In this document: piece after piece, positions 55,576 through 64,000 of the stretch
Position numbering within the stretch: position 1 is the first letter of the stretch
Layout: each line of letters opens with the position of its first letter
Sequence record: MN850576.1
DNA: 64,000 nt
Source of the DNA: Escherichia phage ime
Reading direction: 5' to 3' (one strand)
Made by a program: the position numbers and the translations under genes
The notes under the pieces: model-generated
What the model saw: the letters and a program-made list of their open reading frames with translations, nothing else
What the model was told of the DNA's origin: nothing
Databases searched by the model: none

Positions 55576-56553
55576 ATGAATCTTGAAAAATATTATACAC
55601 CAGAAGAGTTAGAGCGCTTGCTCAAAAAATATAGACGCAAACAGAATAACGCACGGAAACGAGATATAGAGTTCGACCTGTCATGGGAAGAATACCTCCT
55701 ATTTGGTAAAAAACTTTTAGGAGATGGAGTATGCGACTATACCCTTATACCTTTTGACATGCACACAGATGAAAACGGGCTGGGGAATCCTTTCTACCCA
55801 TCTCTGGAGCGGATAGATGATGAAGGTCCTTATGCGGTTGATAACTGTTGTGTGGTGGGATTGAGATGCAACTCTCTAAAGGACTGTCTGGTAGATAAAA
55901 AGACTGCAGTCTTGATTAAAGACGAAACTGATCGAAAAATTGTCCAGCAGATGATGCTCCACCTGAGCGAAGAGCGTATGGAGAAATTGAAAGGTGATTA
56001 TACTTTTGAAGATTTCATCTTGCAATATGGAACGGAAGAGGATAAACTAGCACTCTTTGACGAAGAAGAGGAGGAAGATATGCTACCGATGTCTAAAGTT
56101 ACTTATCGTGCACCCAAGAAGCACATTTCCGACATTGTAAACGAGCCTATCACAGAAGAGATTGAAGAAATGACGCAACAGGTGCATGAAGAGGAAAAAG
56201 AGACTCAGGAGGTCGAAGAGGAGCTTACAGAAGAGGTTCCTGCACTACCTGATGATGTTGAGATTGCCAAAGCTTACACTTTCTATTGTCAAACGTTCTA
56301 CGATGTAGGTATGAAAGTTGATCTGTCGTTCAGCCAATTTAAGAGTTCGTATATTCGCAAATGCTGTGCTTTAACTGGTGAACGTCTTGGAGCTGGACTT
56401 AAACCCCTGTTGGTGACCGACTGGAATAAAGGTTTCACTAAAGGAAACTTTATGGTAGTATCTCCAATTATGGAGAAAGCTATGACAGATCTTATGAAGA
56501 CCACCCGCATGACAATGACCGAGTTGGCAGGTATTTTCAAACACGTTAAATAA
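55576..56553 (+). CDS. hypothetical protein (325 aa) with possible internal start at 56091
   Basis: ATG 55576 downstream of promoter; in-frame internal GAGGAGG RBS plus ATG at 56091 inside 29-bp repeat. Confidence 0.5.
   Translation: MNLEKYYTPEELERLLKKYRRKQNNARKRDIEFDLSWEEYLLFGKKLLGDGVCDYTLIPFDMHTDENGLGNPFYPSLERIDDEGPYAVDNCCVVGLRCNSLKDCLVDKKTAVLIKDETDRKIVQQMMLHLSEERMEKLKGDYTFEDFILQYGTEEDKLALFDEEEEEDMLPMSKVTYRAPKKHISDIVNEPITEEIEEMTQQVHEEEKETQEVEEELTEEVPALPDDVEIAKAYTFYCQTFYDVGMKVDLSFSQFKSSYIRKCCALTGERLGAGLKPLLVTDWNKGFTKGNFMVVSPIMEKAMTDLMKTTRMTMTELAGIFKHVK
56085..56113. repeat. 29-bp inverted repeat, copy B
   Basis: Identical to reverse complement of 54222-54250. Confidence 0.7.
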
Positions 56554-56565
56554 TGACAGGGGCCA

Positions 56566-58047
56566 ATGGCCCCTTCTGGAGTTTTAATGGATAGTAGAAG
56601 TTCAGAAATCATTGCCTCGCAGAAAGATGATGCCCTGAGAATGTTGCAGGCTGCACGTATGTATCTCCTTGAAAAGCTGCCGTTTTATGGCACACTACTG
56701 TCAGGGTTGCAGTTCGTAGAAAACCACACATGGTGCTCCACCATGGCAACCGACCATAAACGCATCTATTACAGTCCTGAGTTCATTATGGGATTGGCTG
56801 ATGAACGCAAGGCTATTCTTAAGGCTTCTCTAACTGACGAGCAGTTTGAGATGGCTGAAGTTTTCTATTCCCCAAAATCTGTGAAAGAGGTGGCCTTCCT
56901 TCTGTCACATGAGGTGGGGCATATTATCTGTGATCACCTAGTCCGTGGTAAAAGCTTTGAGCCGGAACTGTTCAATATTGCTTGTGATCACGTTATCAAC
57001 ACAGGCCTTGTGGTTGACTTTAGCAAACCTCCTTGTGTTTTCTTCCCGAAGGGGAAAAGCACTACGTTCATGAAAGGTAAGCCTTTTGGCTTCTTAGCCA
57101 GCTGCTACTGCGACATGAAGTTTCATGGATGGATTGCTGAGAACGTTTATGCAGTTCTTGATAAGCAAAGAGATCAGAATAACGGTAAAAGTAAGAACGG
57201 TAAAGGTGAGAACTCTCAAAGTGATAAGCGACAAACCGATGATCACATGAGTGGGAACGGTGGCACCAGTGATAATCTTGGAAAGGCTATGAGGTATGAT
57301 CAGCCACAACCTGTAATCAGCCAATCTGATAAAGATCAGGCCATGCAGGACTCTGGTGATATGCTGGAGGCAGCAATGCAAGCGTCCGGAGGCCGTTGCC
57401 CTGAGGCGGTGCGTGAGTTTGTCAAGAACAGAGGTAAGCCTGTAATCAACTATATAGACATCATTAAGCAACGTATGTTGTCTAAAAGAAAGGCCGAACT
57501 GACCTACAGAAAACCTGGTCGCCGATCTGGGTCTTTGACCAGCACAATGCGAAAAGTTGGGGCTATAAACAAGAACCAGCACGTTATTGTTCCTGGTCGT
57601 AATCCGGAAAACACTATAGATATTGTGGTGGCTTTAGACGTTTCTGGCTCGATCTCTCAAAGAACTTTAAAGAAAATGTTCAATGAAATCACCGGATTGT
57701 GCAATCTGTATAAAGAGTTTAAGGTTACAATGTTCTGTTGGTCAACTGAGGTTGGAGAGGTTAAAGTATACACTCGCGGCAACATAGACGAGATGGTCAA
57801 CTATGAGGTCCACTCAACATGGGGCACAACAGCTGCTTGCGTGTTCGAGTATCTGGATGCCAACATACCTAATGCAAAAGATGTCATCGTCCTGACCGAC
57901 CTATACTTTGAGCATAACTTTGAACAAAAGGTTGTTGACAACAAGTGGAAAAAGTACGATACTCTATGGGTCCTCACTGAGGGGTATAATAAAAATTATA
58001 TCCCGAGCTTTGGGAAAACTGTGGAATTAATCGAGTACGCTAAGTAA
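56566..58047 (+). CDS. VWA-domain protein with N-terminal HExxH metallopeptidase-like domain
   Basis: HEVGH; MIDAS-like DVSGS; alternative start ATG 56587. Confidence 0.7.
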   Translation: MAPSGVLMDSRSSEIIASQKDDALRMLQAARMYLLEKLPFYGTLLSGLQFVENHTWCSTMATDHKRIYYSPEFIMGLADERKAILKASLTDEQFEMAEVFYSPKSVKEVAFLLSHEVGHIICDHLVRGKSFEPELFNIACDHVINTGLVVDFSKPPCVFFPKGKSTTFMKGKPFGFLASCYCDMKFHGWIAENVYAVLDKQRDQNNGKSKNGKGENSQSDKRQTDDHMSGNGGTSDNLGKAMRYDQPQPVISQSDKDQAMQDSGDMLEAAMQASGGRCPEAVREFVKNRGKPVINYIDIIKQRMLSKRKAELTYRKPGRRSGSLTSTMRKVGAINKNQHVIVPGRNPENTIDIVVALDVSGSISQRTLKKMFNEITGLCNLYKEFKVTMFCWSTEVGEVKVYTRGNIDEMVNYEVHSTWGTTAACVFEYLDANIPNAKDVIVLTDLYFEHNFEQKVVDNKWKKYDTLWVLTEGYNKNYIPSFGKTVELIEYAK

Positions 58048-58062
58048 GAGAGGAGGTTATTT

Positions 58063-58326
58063 ATGGCAACAGAGTTAAAATTTGCATCAAACCGTAAAAC
58101 TAAGAAGTATCTGTCCTCAGTAGCTCCAGGCACTGTGGTGATGTTTGTTGATGAACTTGGGGATGTGAATACAGCACTTGTTGTAAAATCACATCCTGCA
58201 AACATATATGTTGGGGTATTTGACCTGTTCAGAAAGGTGTTTGTAGAACTGCCTCACAGTTTGGTTGTTACAGAAATGGATGCCTGCATAGAAATTCTTG
58301 GCGAAGTTATGGTGGAGGAACAATAA
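58063..58326 (+). CDS. small protein, tandem paralog 1 of 4
   Basis: GAGAGGAGG RBS. Confidence 0.5.
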   Translation: MATELKFASNRKTKKYLSSVAPGTVVMFVDELGDVNTALVVKSHPANIYVGVFDLFRKVFVELPHSLVVTEMDACIEILGEVMVEEQ

Positions 58327-58589
58327 TGGCTACCAGCATTGTATTCAATTCTAAGGTGAAGAACAAAAAGCGTGCAGACAGTTTTCCGTGTGGGACCGTG
58401 GTAAGTTGCGACGGAGACGGCATTCAAAACATAGTTATGATTGTCAAAACAGGAGAACATTGTGTGTGGGGGTTCGATTTAGAAAATAATGAGTTGTACG
58501 ATCTGCCGCCAAACATGAAAGTTACAGAGCTTGACACCAAAATTACCATCCTTGGAGAGACAAGCTATTCAAAAGAAGGAGGAGAATAA
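58326..58589 (+). CDS. small protein, tandem paralog 2 of 4
   Basis: TAATG overlap. Confidence 0.5.
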   Translation: MATSIVFNSKVKNKKRADSFPCGTVVSCDGDGIQNIVMIVKTGEHCVWGFDLENNELYDLPPNMKVTELDTKITILGETSYSKEGGE

Positions 58590-58852
58590 TGACCACAAAA
58601 ATCACTATCGCAGAACCGAAAGCTAACACTCAGCCTATCGAAAAGTTTAAGTGCGGTGAGGTGGTAACATTCACACCAGATAATGAAGATGCTAAGATTT
58701 TCGCAATGGTCACAGCTGAGTGGATGTGTGACAACACCACACAGGTTCTGCGTTTTGACACCTATCTTACCGATGAAATCAGGAACGACAAGATTGTGAC
58801 TGGTGTGGATACTGAGATTGTTTTCTACAAGAGCTTTTTAGAGGGTTTCTGA
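58589..58852 (+). CDS. small protein, tandem paralog 3 of 4
   Basis: TAATG overlap. Confidence 0.5.
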   Translation: MTTKITIAEPKANTQPIEKFKCGEVVTFTPDNEDAKIFAMVTAEWMCDNTTQVLRFDTYLTDEIRNDKIVTGVDTEIVFYKSFLEGF

Positions 58853-58853
58853 T

Positions 58854-59087
58854 ATGGCAAAAATTAGAAAATTATCTAGCAATCAGGTTGTGAAAGACTT
58901 CGAATCTGGAGAGATTCTTTATGTTCGTGATGCAGATGACGAAGGTGAAGATCTCGTTATGTTGGTGGGGCACGCTGAGGACGGATGCATCCAAGCTGTT
59001 TTTCTTGAAACAGCTATGGTGCACTGGATAGAGCTGGACCTGAAAGCACGAAAACCTAAAGCAGAAATCCTGATTTACGAAGATTAA
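58854..59087 (+). CDS. small protein, tandem paralog 4 of 4
   Basis: ORF track. Confidence 0.5.
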   Translation: MAKIRKLSSNQVVKDFESGEILYVRDADDEGEDLVMLVGHAEDGCIQAVFLETAMVHWIELDLKARKPKAEILIYED

Positions 59088-59103
59088 CAAAAAGGAGATA
59101 GCC

Positions 59104-59553
59104 GTGTTGAGCAAACGTGAATGCGACAGCATTAGCCTGAATTCTTATAAGAAACAATGGTTTGGGGTGGAAGTTTGCCGACTGCGGCTAGGCTCCTACC
59201 TGAACTTCGTTTATTATGAGAGTGACAGTCGTATCGTTTCTTATGAAGTGTTCTACACTAAGAACACATTCGAACTGCGCCGTAAAGTAGATGGCGGGAG
59301 AACTACCACCCAGAATAATTGGGAAACTATTCTGCCTCCAGATGTTATAGGAAGTCCCCTGAATGTATCTGAAGATGAAAATCTTATGGTTCATGCTATG
59401 ATGGGACTTGACAGCTTAGAGCTGGCAATCTATGATATGTCCATCGAAGCAGTTAAGCTGGACTACATCGAAAACACTTTAGAGGAAGGTATCAAGAAGT
59501 TTCTCAGTGAGAAATTAAAAGACCACTTTCATAAGGAGCTATATCTGTTATGA
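59104..59553 (+). CDS. hypothetical protein
   Basis: GTG start with AAAAAGGAGA RBS. Confidence 0.5.
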   Translation: MLSKRECDSISLNSYKKQWFGVEVCRLRLGSYLNFVYYESDSRIVSYEVFYTKNTFELRRKVDGGRTTTQNNWETILPPDVIGSPLNVSEDENLMVHAMMGLDSLELAIYDMSIEAVKLDYIENTLEEGIKKFLSEKLKDHFHKELYLL

Positions 59554-59795
59554 AGACCCGTAAAGAACGTAACAAAATTTTACCTGGAGCTCTCGAACAC
59601 CTGATGAAGTGCAGATCTATTTGGCACTCTGCCAAGGAAGGGCAGAAGGTGGTTGTGGTTAGTGACAATACCAACCCGTTTGGAGATTATACCACCATGA
59701 TGGCTCCATATGTCCGTGATGGCGTTGTAGAAGTGGTCCCTTACAACGGTTTGCATGAACGGCACTTTGAAAGCACTTTGCTAGTGGAGCTATAG
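59550..59795 (+). CDS. hypothetical protein
   Basis: ORF track; ATGA overlap. Confidence 0.45.
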   Translation: MKTRKERNKILPGALEHLMKCRSIWHSAKEGQKVVVVSDNTNPFGDYTTMMAPYVRDGVVEVVPYNGLHERHFESTLLVEL

Positions 59796-59797
59796 TC

Positions 59798-60364
59798 ATG
59801 GCGGTCAATGTGGCTTACAACACAGGAAAGCTTGACAGAGACATTGGGTGTCTTGTCCTTTCAGATACAGAAGAGTATTGGGGTTATGGGTTGCTGTCAG
59901 ACCCACACCCGAGCAACCTTGTATCAACAGTGCTATACCGCTACGACCCTGTGCCAACGGTACACGACAGAGACATTCACGACCTTCGGATCAAGTGTCT
60001 GGAAGATCTGCTGAACAATGGTTGCAACGATCTGCGGGTAGCCAAGGAGAAGCTTACAAACATTCACAAAGAGGAAGTGATGAGTACCCTCAGTAAAAGA
60101 TCAGTGCACAAAAAGATGATGCTGAACTTTGCAATGGGTATCTACATGGATGGGTATAAGGGAGGGGATCCGATCCTCAAGCTTCGCTGCCCGACACTGT
60201 GGGAAAGAGTGGTTGACAGTAAGGACGGTACTGCCCTGCTCGAACTCCACACTGCAGGTTGGATTTGGCGGTATGTAGACGGATACCCTCTGTGGGCATG
60301 TGGACCTGGGGAATTTGTTGACAGACCTAGCGCGGTGGTGGACTTACTATTGCAGTTTGAATAA
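59798..60364 (+). CDS. hypothetical protein
   Basis: ORF track. Confidence 0.5.
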   Translation: MAVNVAYNTGKLDRDIGCLVLSDTEEYWGYGLLSDPHPSNLVSTVLYRYDPVPTVHDRDIHDLRIKCLEDLLNNGCNDLRVAKEKLTNIHKEEVMSTLSKRSVHKKMMLNFAMGIYMDGYKGGDPILKLRCPTLWERVVDSKDGTALLELHTAGWIWRYVDGYPLWACGPGEFVDRPSAVVDLLLQFE

Positions 60365-60421
60365 AAAGGTGAGTTATAAGGTATTCATACACCTACCAAC
60401 AATACAACAGGAGAGACTAAG

Positions 60422-60697
60422 ATGACGAAAGAAGAGGCCGACGTATTAGATTTTGCACTAGAGGCTACGCAGGAGGCTTTGGTGTTAGCTTGGAAAATGA
60501 ACCAGCGTGCTGCAGAATGCAACCGCCGCATCAATGAGATCTTGGGCATGTCTATGTATGATTTCACCATGCATGCCGGAGAGATTCCTGAATTAACTGC
60601 CGAGATGAATGATCTTGACGATAAAATTAATATCATTCTGAAGACAGCAGAAACAACTCACCAAACCGCCCGTAAATTTATCAACGAGAAGGTGTGA
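60422..60697 (+). CDS. hypothetical protein
   Basis: ORF track; GGAGAGA RBS. Confidence 0.45.
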   Translation: MTKEEADVLDFALEATQEALVLAWKMNQRAAECNRRINEILGMSMYDFTMHAGEIPELTAEMNDLDDKINIILKTAETTHQTARKFINEKV

Positions 60698-61164
60698 ATA
60701 TGGACTACAGCTACTGCGGGGAAGAAGTCCCTTTTAATTACAGCAATCTTACCACGAGCAATCCATATGAGACTCGCCACGGCACGCACATCATTGCCAT
60801 CGACTTTGATGGAACGTTTAATGCGAGCCCTTTCATCTTCTCCAGCCTGATCAGGGATCTGAAGAAGGAGGGGTGGACAGTCTACCTTGTGACTTTCCGA
60901 TTCATTACTCAAGACAATGTAGACATTGAGTATTGGCGCAAGGAGCTCGATGTTGGTGTGTTCTACACAGGTGGTGTTCAGAAGGCAGCCTACCTGGCGC
61001 AGTTTGATATCTACCCAGATATCTGGATTGATGATTCTCCGGCATGTATTCCGGCTAAGAATCAGTTAGAGTTTGCAATGAAGGAGATTGAGTATAAGTC
61101 TGAGGCTAAGCGGAACGGATGGCCCTTTATTATTGAAGATTACCCAGATCCTGAACCGGAGTAA
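60694..61164 (+). CDS. HAD-superfamily hydrolase-like protein
   Basis: HAD motif I IAIDFDGTF. Confidence 0.55.
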   Translation: MNMDYSYCGEEVPFNYSNLTTSNPYETRHGTHIIAIDFDGTFNASPFIFSSLIRDLKKEGWTVYLVTFRFITQDNVDIEYWRKELDVGVFYTGGVQKAAYLAQFDIYPDIWIDDSPACIPAKNQLEFAMKEIEYKSEAKRNGWPFIIEDYPDPEPE

Positions 61165-61169
61165 GAGCC

Positions 61170-61340
61170 ATGAGGCGAAGATATCATTACCTGATGTGGA
61201 AGTTATATCAAAATGCTGCCAAAGCCTATCATATCATGTTTGGCAATGACGATCACTACATCATGTTACATCTCACCGCTATTGAGCATCACAATGAGTG
61301 GATTCATGCAATCGTGGCAGGTGATAAAGACTTTAAGTAA
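61170..61340 (+). CDS. small protein (56 aa), below track cutoff
   Basis: ATG with GGAG 8 nt upstream; hand-translated. Confidence 0.35.
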   Translation: MRRRYHYLMWKLYQNAAKAYHIMFGNDDHYIMLHLTAIEHHNEWIHAIVAGDKDFK

Positions 61341-61390
61341 AGTATACCTCAAAAACGTATAGTGCGGCTTTCTAGACGGAGACTGATTAA

Positions 61391-61771
61391 ATGTGCAAGT
61401 GTAAATCCTATAATTGGAAAGTGAAAGGTGCCAAGCATCCAAATGTTATCGTTGATGTGCCTAAAAATCTTCGTGACGGCAAAAAACGTGTGTGCCTTGA
61501 TAAGTGTATGGCTAAGCCTATCATGAGTTTGTGGGCAGCAGGTTTGAAAACGCTAAACTGCTGCTGTGGTCATAACAAAGATATTCCAAGCATCATTATC
61601 CCAGAAGATGCAGATCCTAAAGCTTATGCCAAAATACTGACCCGCTATCCCAGCACCTTCCTGATCGGAAAATGGTGTCACGATGAACTCCAATGGTGGA
61701 TAGCCTATGGTAGTATAGGCACTACTTTTGGCTTCCCAGCTTTGTCAGAGCGCTATGTCAAAGTGCCATAA
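61391..61771 (+). CDS. Cys-rich hypothetical protein
   Basis: ORF track. Confidence 0.5.
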   Translation: MCKCKSYNWKVKGAKHPNVIVDVPKNLRDGKKRVCLDKCMAKPIMSLWAAGLKTLNCCCGHNKDIPSIIIPEDADPKAYAKILTRYPSTFLIGKWCHDELQWWIAYGSIGTTFGFPALSERYVKVP

Positions 61772-61875
61772 TAGAATTTAAGGCCTCAAACGAGGCCTGT
61801 GCCTTCATAAATTTCTCCACCCTGTGCGATTGCCTTCCTGAATAAAATACCCTCTCAGATCTCTTAAAATTAAGC

Positions 61876-61904
61876 TTGACACCACCACCAGATCTATATA
61901 TAAT
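61876..61904 (+). promoter_or_regulatory. sigma70-like promoter (TTGACA-17-TATAAT)
   Basis: Consensus hexamers. Confidence 0.55.
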
Positions 61905-61932
61905 TCTCACCAACCAAACAGAGGAGATCGTC

Positions 61933-62340
61933 ATGGATAATCTTGCAGATGTAAATGTCGAAATTGTTAAACTAAAGTTCTTGGGCTTTCGAGACCCTTA
62001 TTCTTTAACAGCCATACTAATGGATACTCACTTCACACCAGGTAAAGAGTACACTGCCTTCCGTTATATTTGCGGAGATCACGAATCAGCTTACAGTGTG
62101 AATACAAACCTCGGCGAGGGATATTTCATCAGAGATATCACAGATCACTTGTGGGGTATGTGGGAGTTGGTGGAGGAAGAGAATAAATCCCTTCCTAAAG
62201 AGATTTGGGTGCACACCTTCCACACAGGTAAGTTTGGAGGTACGGAACATAAGTCTATCCACTATGATGAAGAAAGTGCCATCAAACAACAAGCTGTGCT
62301 TGGTGGATCTATAGAAAAATTTGTTAAATGCGAGGACTGA
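61933..62340 (+). CDS. hypothetical protein
   Basis: ATG 61933 with AGAGGAGA RBS. Confidence 0.5.
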   Translation: MDNLADVNVEIVKLKFLGFRDPYSLTAILMDTHFTPGKEYTAFRYICGDHESAYSVNTNLGEGYFIRDITDHLWGMWELVEEENKSLPKEIWVHTFHTGKFGGTEHKSIHYDEESAIKQQAVLGGSIEKFVKCED

Positions 62341-62343
62341 GAA

Positions 62344-62544
62344 ATGGCTGATTTTTGTAAAGATTGCTCTGAAGAGTTGTTTGGCTTTGACTGCAAAGAT
62401 TTGGAAGGTCTGATCACTGAGGATCAGTGGAAGGAAGGCTATGCAGCACCTGTTATTTGTGAAGGTTGTGGCTATACCTATGTTGACCATAAAGGTAAGC
62501 GCGTCAAGCCGTCTGAAGATGGGGCATGTTGGGAGTATTACTAA
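62344..62544 (+). CDS. Cys-rich zinc-ribbon-like small protein
   Basis: CKDC...CEGCG cysteine pairs. Confidence 0.45.
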   Translation: MADFCKDCSEELFGFDCKDLEGLITEDQWKEGYAAPVICEGCGYTYVDHKGKRVKPSEDGACWEYY

Positions 62545-62548
62545 CTAT

Positions 62549-62580
62549 AAAAAGAAAGGGGCCGTTTGGCCCCTTTTTAT
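62549..62580. terminator. bidirectional rho-independent terminator
   Basis: GGGGCC-GTTT-GGCCCC flanked by A-run and T-run, between convergent genes. Confidence 0.6.
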
Positions 62581-62591
62581 TTACCACCTTG

Positions 62592-64000
62592 TTAACGAGA
62601 AAAGGTTGCGTAGGCTTCTAGACGATACTGCTGGTCACCAGGGAACATAACACCTATAGAGGCTGTCCCTAGAATCCTGCCTTCCTTTCCAGACTCCATT
62701 CTGAACCCTACCCATCCTGAACTCCTTGCAGCCTCGATGTTGTCGCTATACCCGAAAGTGGCAAGATCGTCAACACCAGCCCCAAACAGCAACTGAAGCT
62801 GACTTCTCGGAAGCCCTATAATTTCAGGAATATACGCACCAAAGTACACCATCTGCCCTACCTTAGGACCGCTGCCGTACTCCATCGGTTTGCTTGTAGA
62901 GAAAGTCTTCATACCAGAAGTACCTGCCGGATTAGGGTATGCCCCGTTTGTTGCTGTACCTATCCACATTCTCCACTGTGGTGCCATCTGTTTGACAGTA
63001 AAAGATGTTGAAGACGTTTTGCGCCCTGCATCATCTGTAACTACAAACTTTATGGTGACATTCCCAGTAGCTTTAAATGTTACCAGTCCTGTGGTGGCAT
63101 CCACTGTTGCAATGTTGGTATTACTACTTTCCCAAGTCTTTCTAATCCCGGATACGTTGGAAGGGGTAATAGAAGGTTCCTGCATCTGCAGTTTACCACC
63201 CACAATCCCTATGCCGTTGCCCGGATTATACAGCACACCAACCTCGTCTATAATGTTCCCTGCTTTGAGACTATACTTCCTTGAGAAGTTGTAGGTTCCG
63301 TTATAAGTGTGTGTCCCTGAGAAGGTGACATCTGCCTTCCCGTAAGAGATGCAAACCAAAGCATACTTCCTGTCAGGCAACGTTTCTCCAGTCTCTGGGT
63401 GAGTTTTACCTACCTGGAACACACTCGGGTCAGTAGAGTCGTGACTATCACTAACGGAGCTTGGACCGCCCATCAACTGTGACAAACAATTCCTTACCCA
63501 TGTCCAGTTATTATCGCTGGAGAAGTCCACAGTCAAATCAAACACAACCCACTCATTTGGCTTCCACACAGGTGTTGTAATGGACTTGCCTACACCACCT
63601 CCTTGGAGTGTTGCCGACTGTTCGGTGATCAGGGCCGTATAGGCCAGAGTTCCTAAACTCAGAGTCTGGCTTGCTGTCCTCACTACCTTAGAATCAGCAT
63701 CTGTGAAGTTGTTGATGATTTGGAATGTGCCATAAGTGTTTTTACAGGTAATTCTGGCGTTCAGCGTGTCAATCTTCCTCACATCTGCCATAGCAGTGTT
63801 AGACACAGAGAAGTCAGAAGCTTTAGCTGAGTTTGCCGCAACAGCAGGATCAACGTTAAGAGTTGCGTTGAACTGACAGGCAGGGGTAACCAGCAGCTTG
63901 TTATCACCTATTTGCTTCCATGAAATACTTTGGACAGGTAGATTCCATTTAATACCTGAGAAAACTTTAGCAACCCTTGGCCCCAAAGCTCCAGTCCTGT
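62592..64000 (-). CDS. virion structural protein with bacterial Ig-like (Big_2-type) domain; 5' end outside window
   Basis: TNIATVDATTGLVTFKATGNVTIKFVVTDDAG Ig-like segment; frame open to window end. Confidence 0.6.
   Translation of the reverse strand, partial: RTGALGPRVAKVFSGIKWNLPVQSISWKQIGDNKLLVTPACQFNATLNVDPAVAANSAKASDFSVSNTAMADVRKIDTLNARITCKNTYGTFQIINNFTDADSKVVRTASQTLSLGTLAYTALITEQSATLQGGGVGKSITTPVWKPNEWVVFDLTVDFSSDNNWTWVRNCLSQLMGGPSSVSDSHDSTDPSVFQVGKTHPETGETLPDRKYALVCISYGKADVTFSGTHTYNGTYNFSRKYSLKAGNIIDEVGVLYNPGNGIGIVGGKLQMQEPSITPSNVSGIRKTWESSNTNIATVDATTGLVTFKATGNVTIKFVVTDDAGRKTSSTSFTVKQMAPQWRMWIGTATNGAYPNPAGTSGMKTFSTSKPMEYGSGPKVGQMVYFGAYIPEIIGLPRSQLQLLFGAGVDDLATFGYSDNIEAARSSGWVGFRMESGKEGRILGTASIGVMFPGDQQYRLEAYATFSR

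Noticed and set aside
1-64000. Integrated prophage, plasmid or bacterial chromosomal island
   Set aside because: No integrase, att-like junction, host housekeeping genes or rRNA/tRNA seen; gene content and density fit a virulent phage genome.

Overview
This window reads as a gene-dense stretch of a large virulent tailed-phage (Caudoviricetes) genome, with no rRNA, tRNA, CRISPR array or integrase found by eye. It is organised as strand-coherent blocks: a rightward block (1-15417) with the nrdG 3' end, PhoH, a ClpP-family peptidase, a small Dam-like methyltransferase, a short HPF (ribosome hibernation factor) homolog and a large array of small, mostly acidic paralogous proteins; an ORF-free repeat-rich convergent region (15.4-17.9 kb); a long leftward block (17907-55433); a second rightward block (55576-62544); and a leftward Ig-like structural gene running off the window end. 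The leftward block holds many small early-type genes, each behind a sigma70-like promoter and a GC-rich 5' hairpin, then a macro-domain protein, an SSB-like protein, a replication module (family-A DNA polymerase interrupted by an HNH endonuclease insertion, T7-type primase-helicase, SF1 helicase), three DNA methyltransferases in total across the window, rIIA/rIIB-like genes, a SleB-type hydrolase and a MoxR-like AAA+ ATPase. The SSB-like protein ends in ...FDDDIPF (the E. coli SSB tail) and the HPF is the short ~100-aa form, so a Gram-negative, probably enterobacterial, host is inferred but not proven. The most notable candidates are the DNA polymerase split exactly at motif C, the repeat-rich non-coding regions (candidate ori/pac and small RNAs with Fur-box-like palindromes), a 29-bp inverted repeat giving two divergent genes identical 5' ends, and the recurrent promoter-hairpin architecture. 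All calls rest on manual reading of the ORF track and sequence; no database search or GC computation was run.
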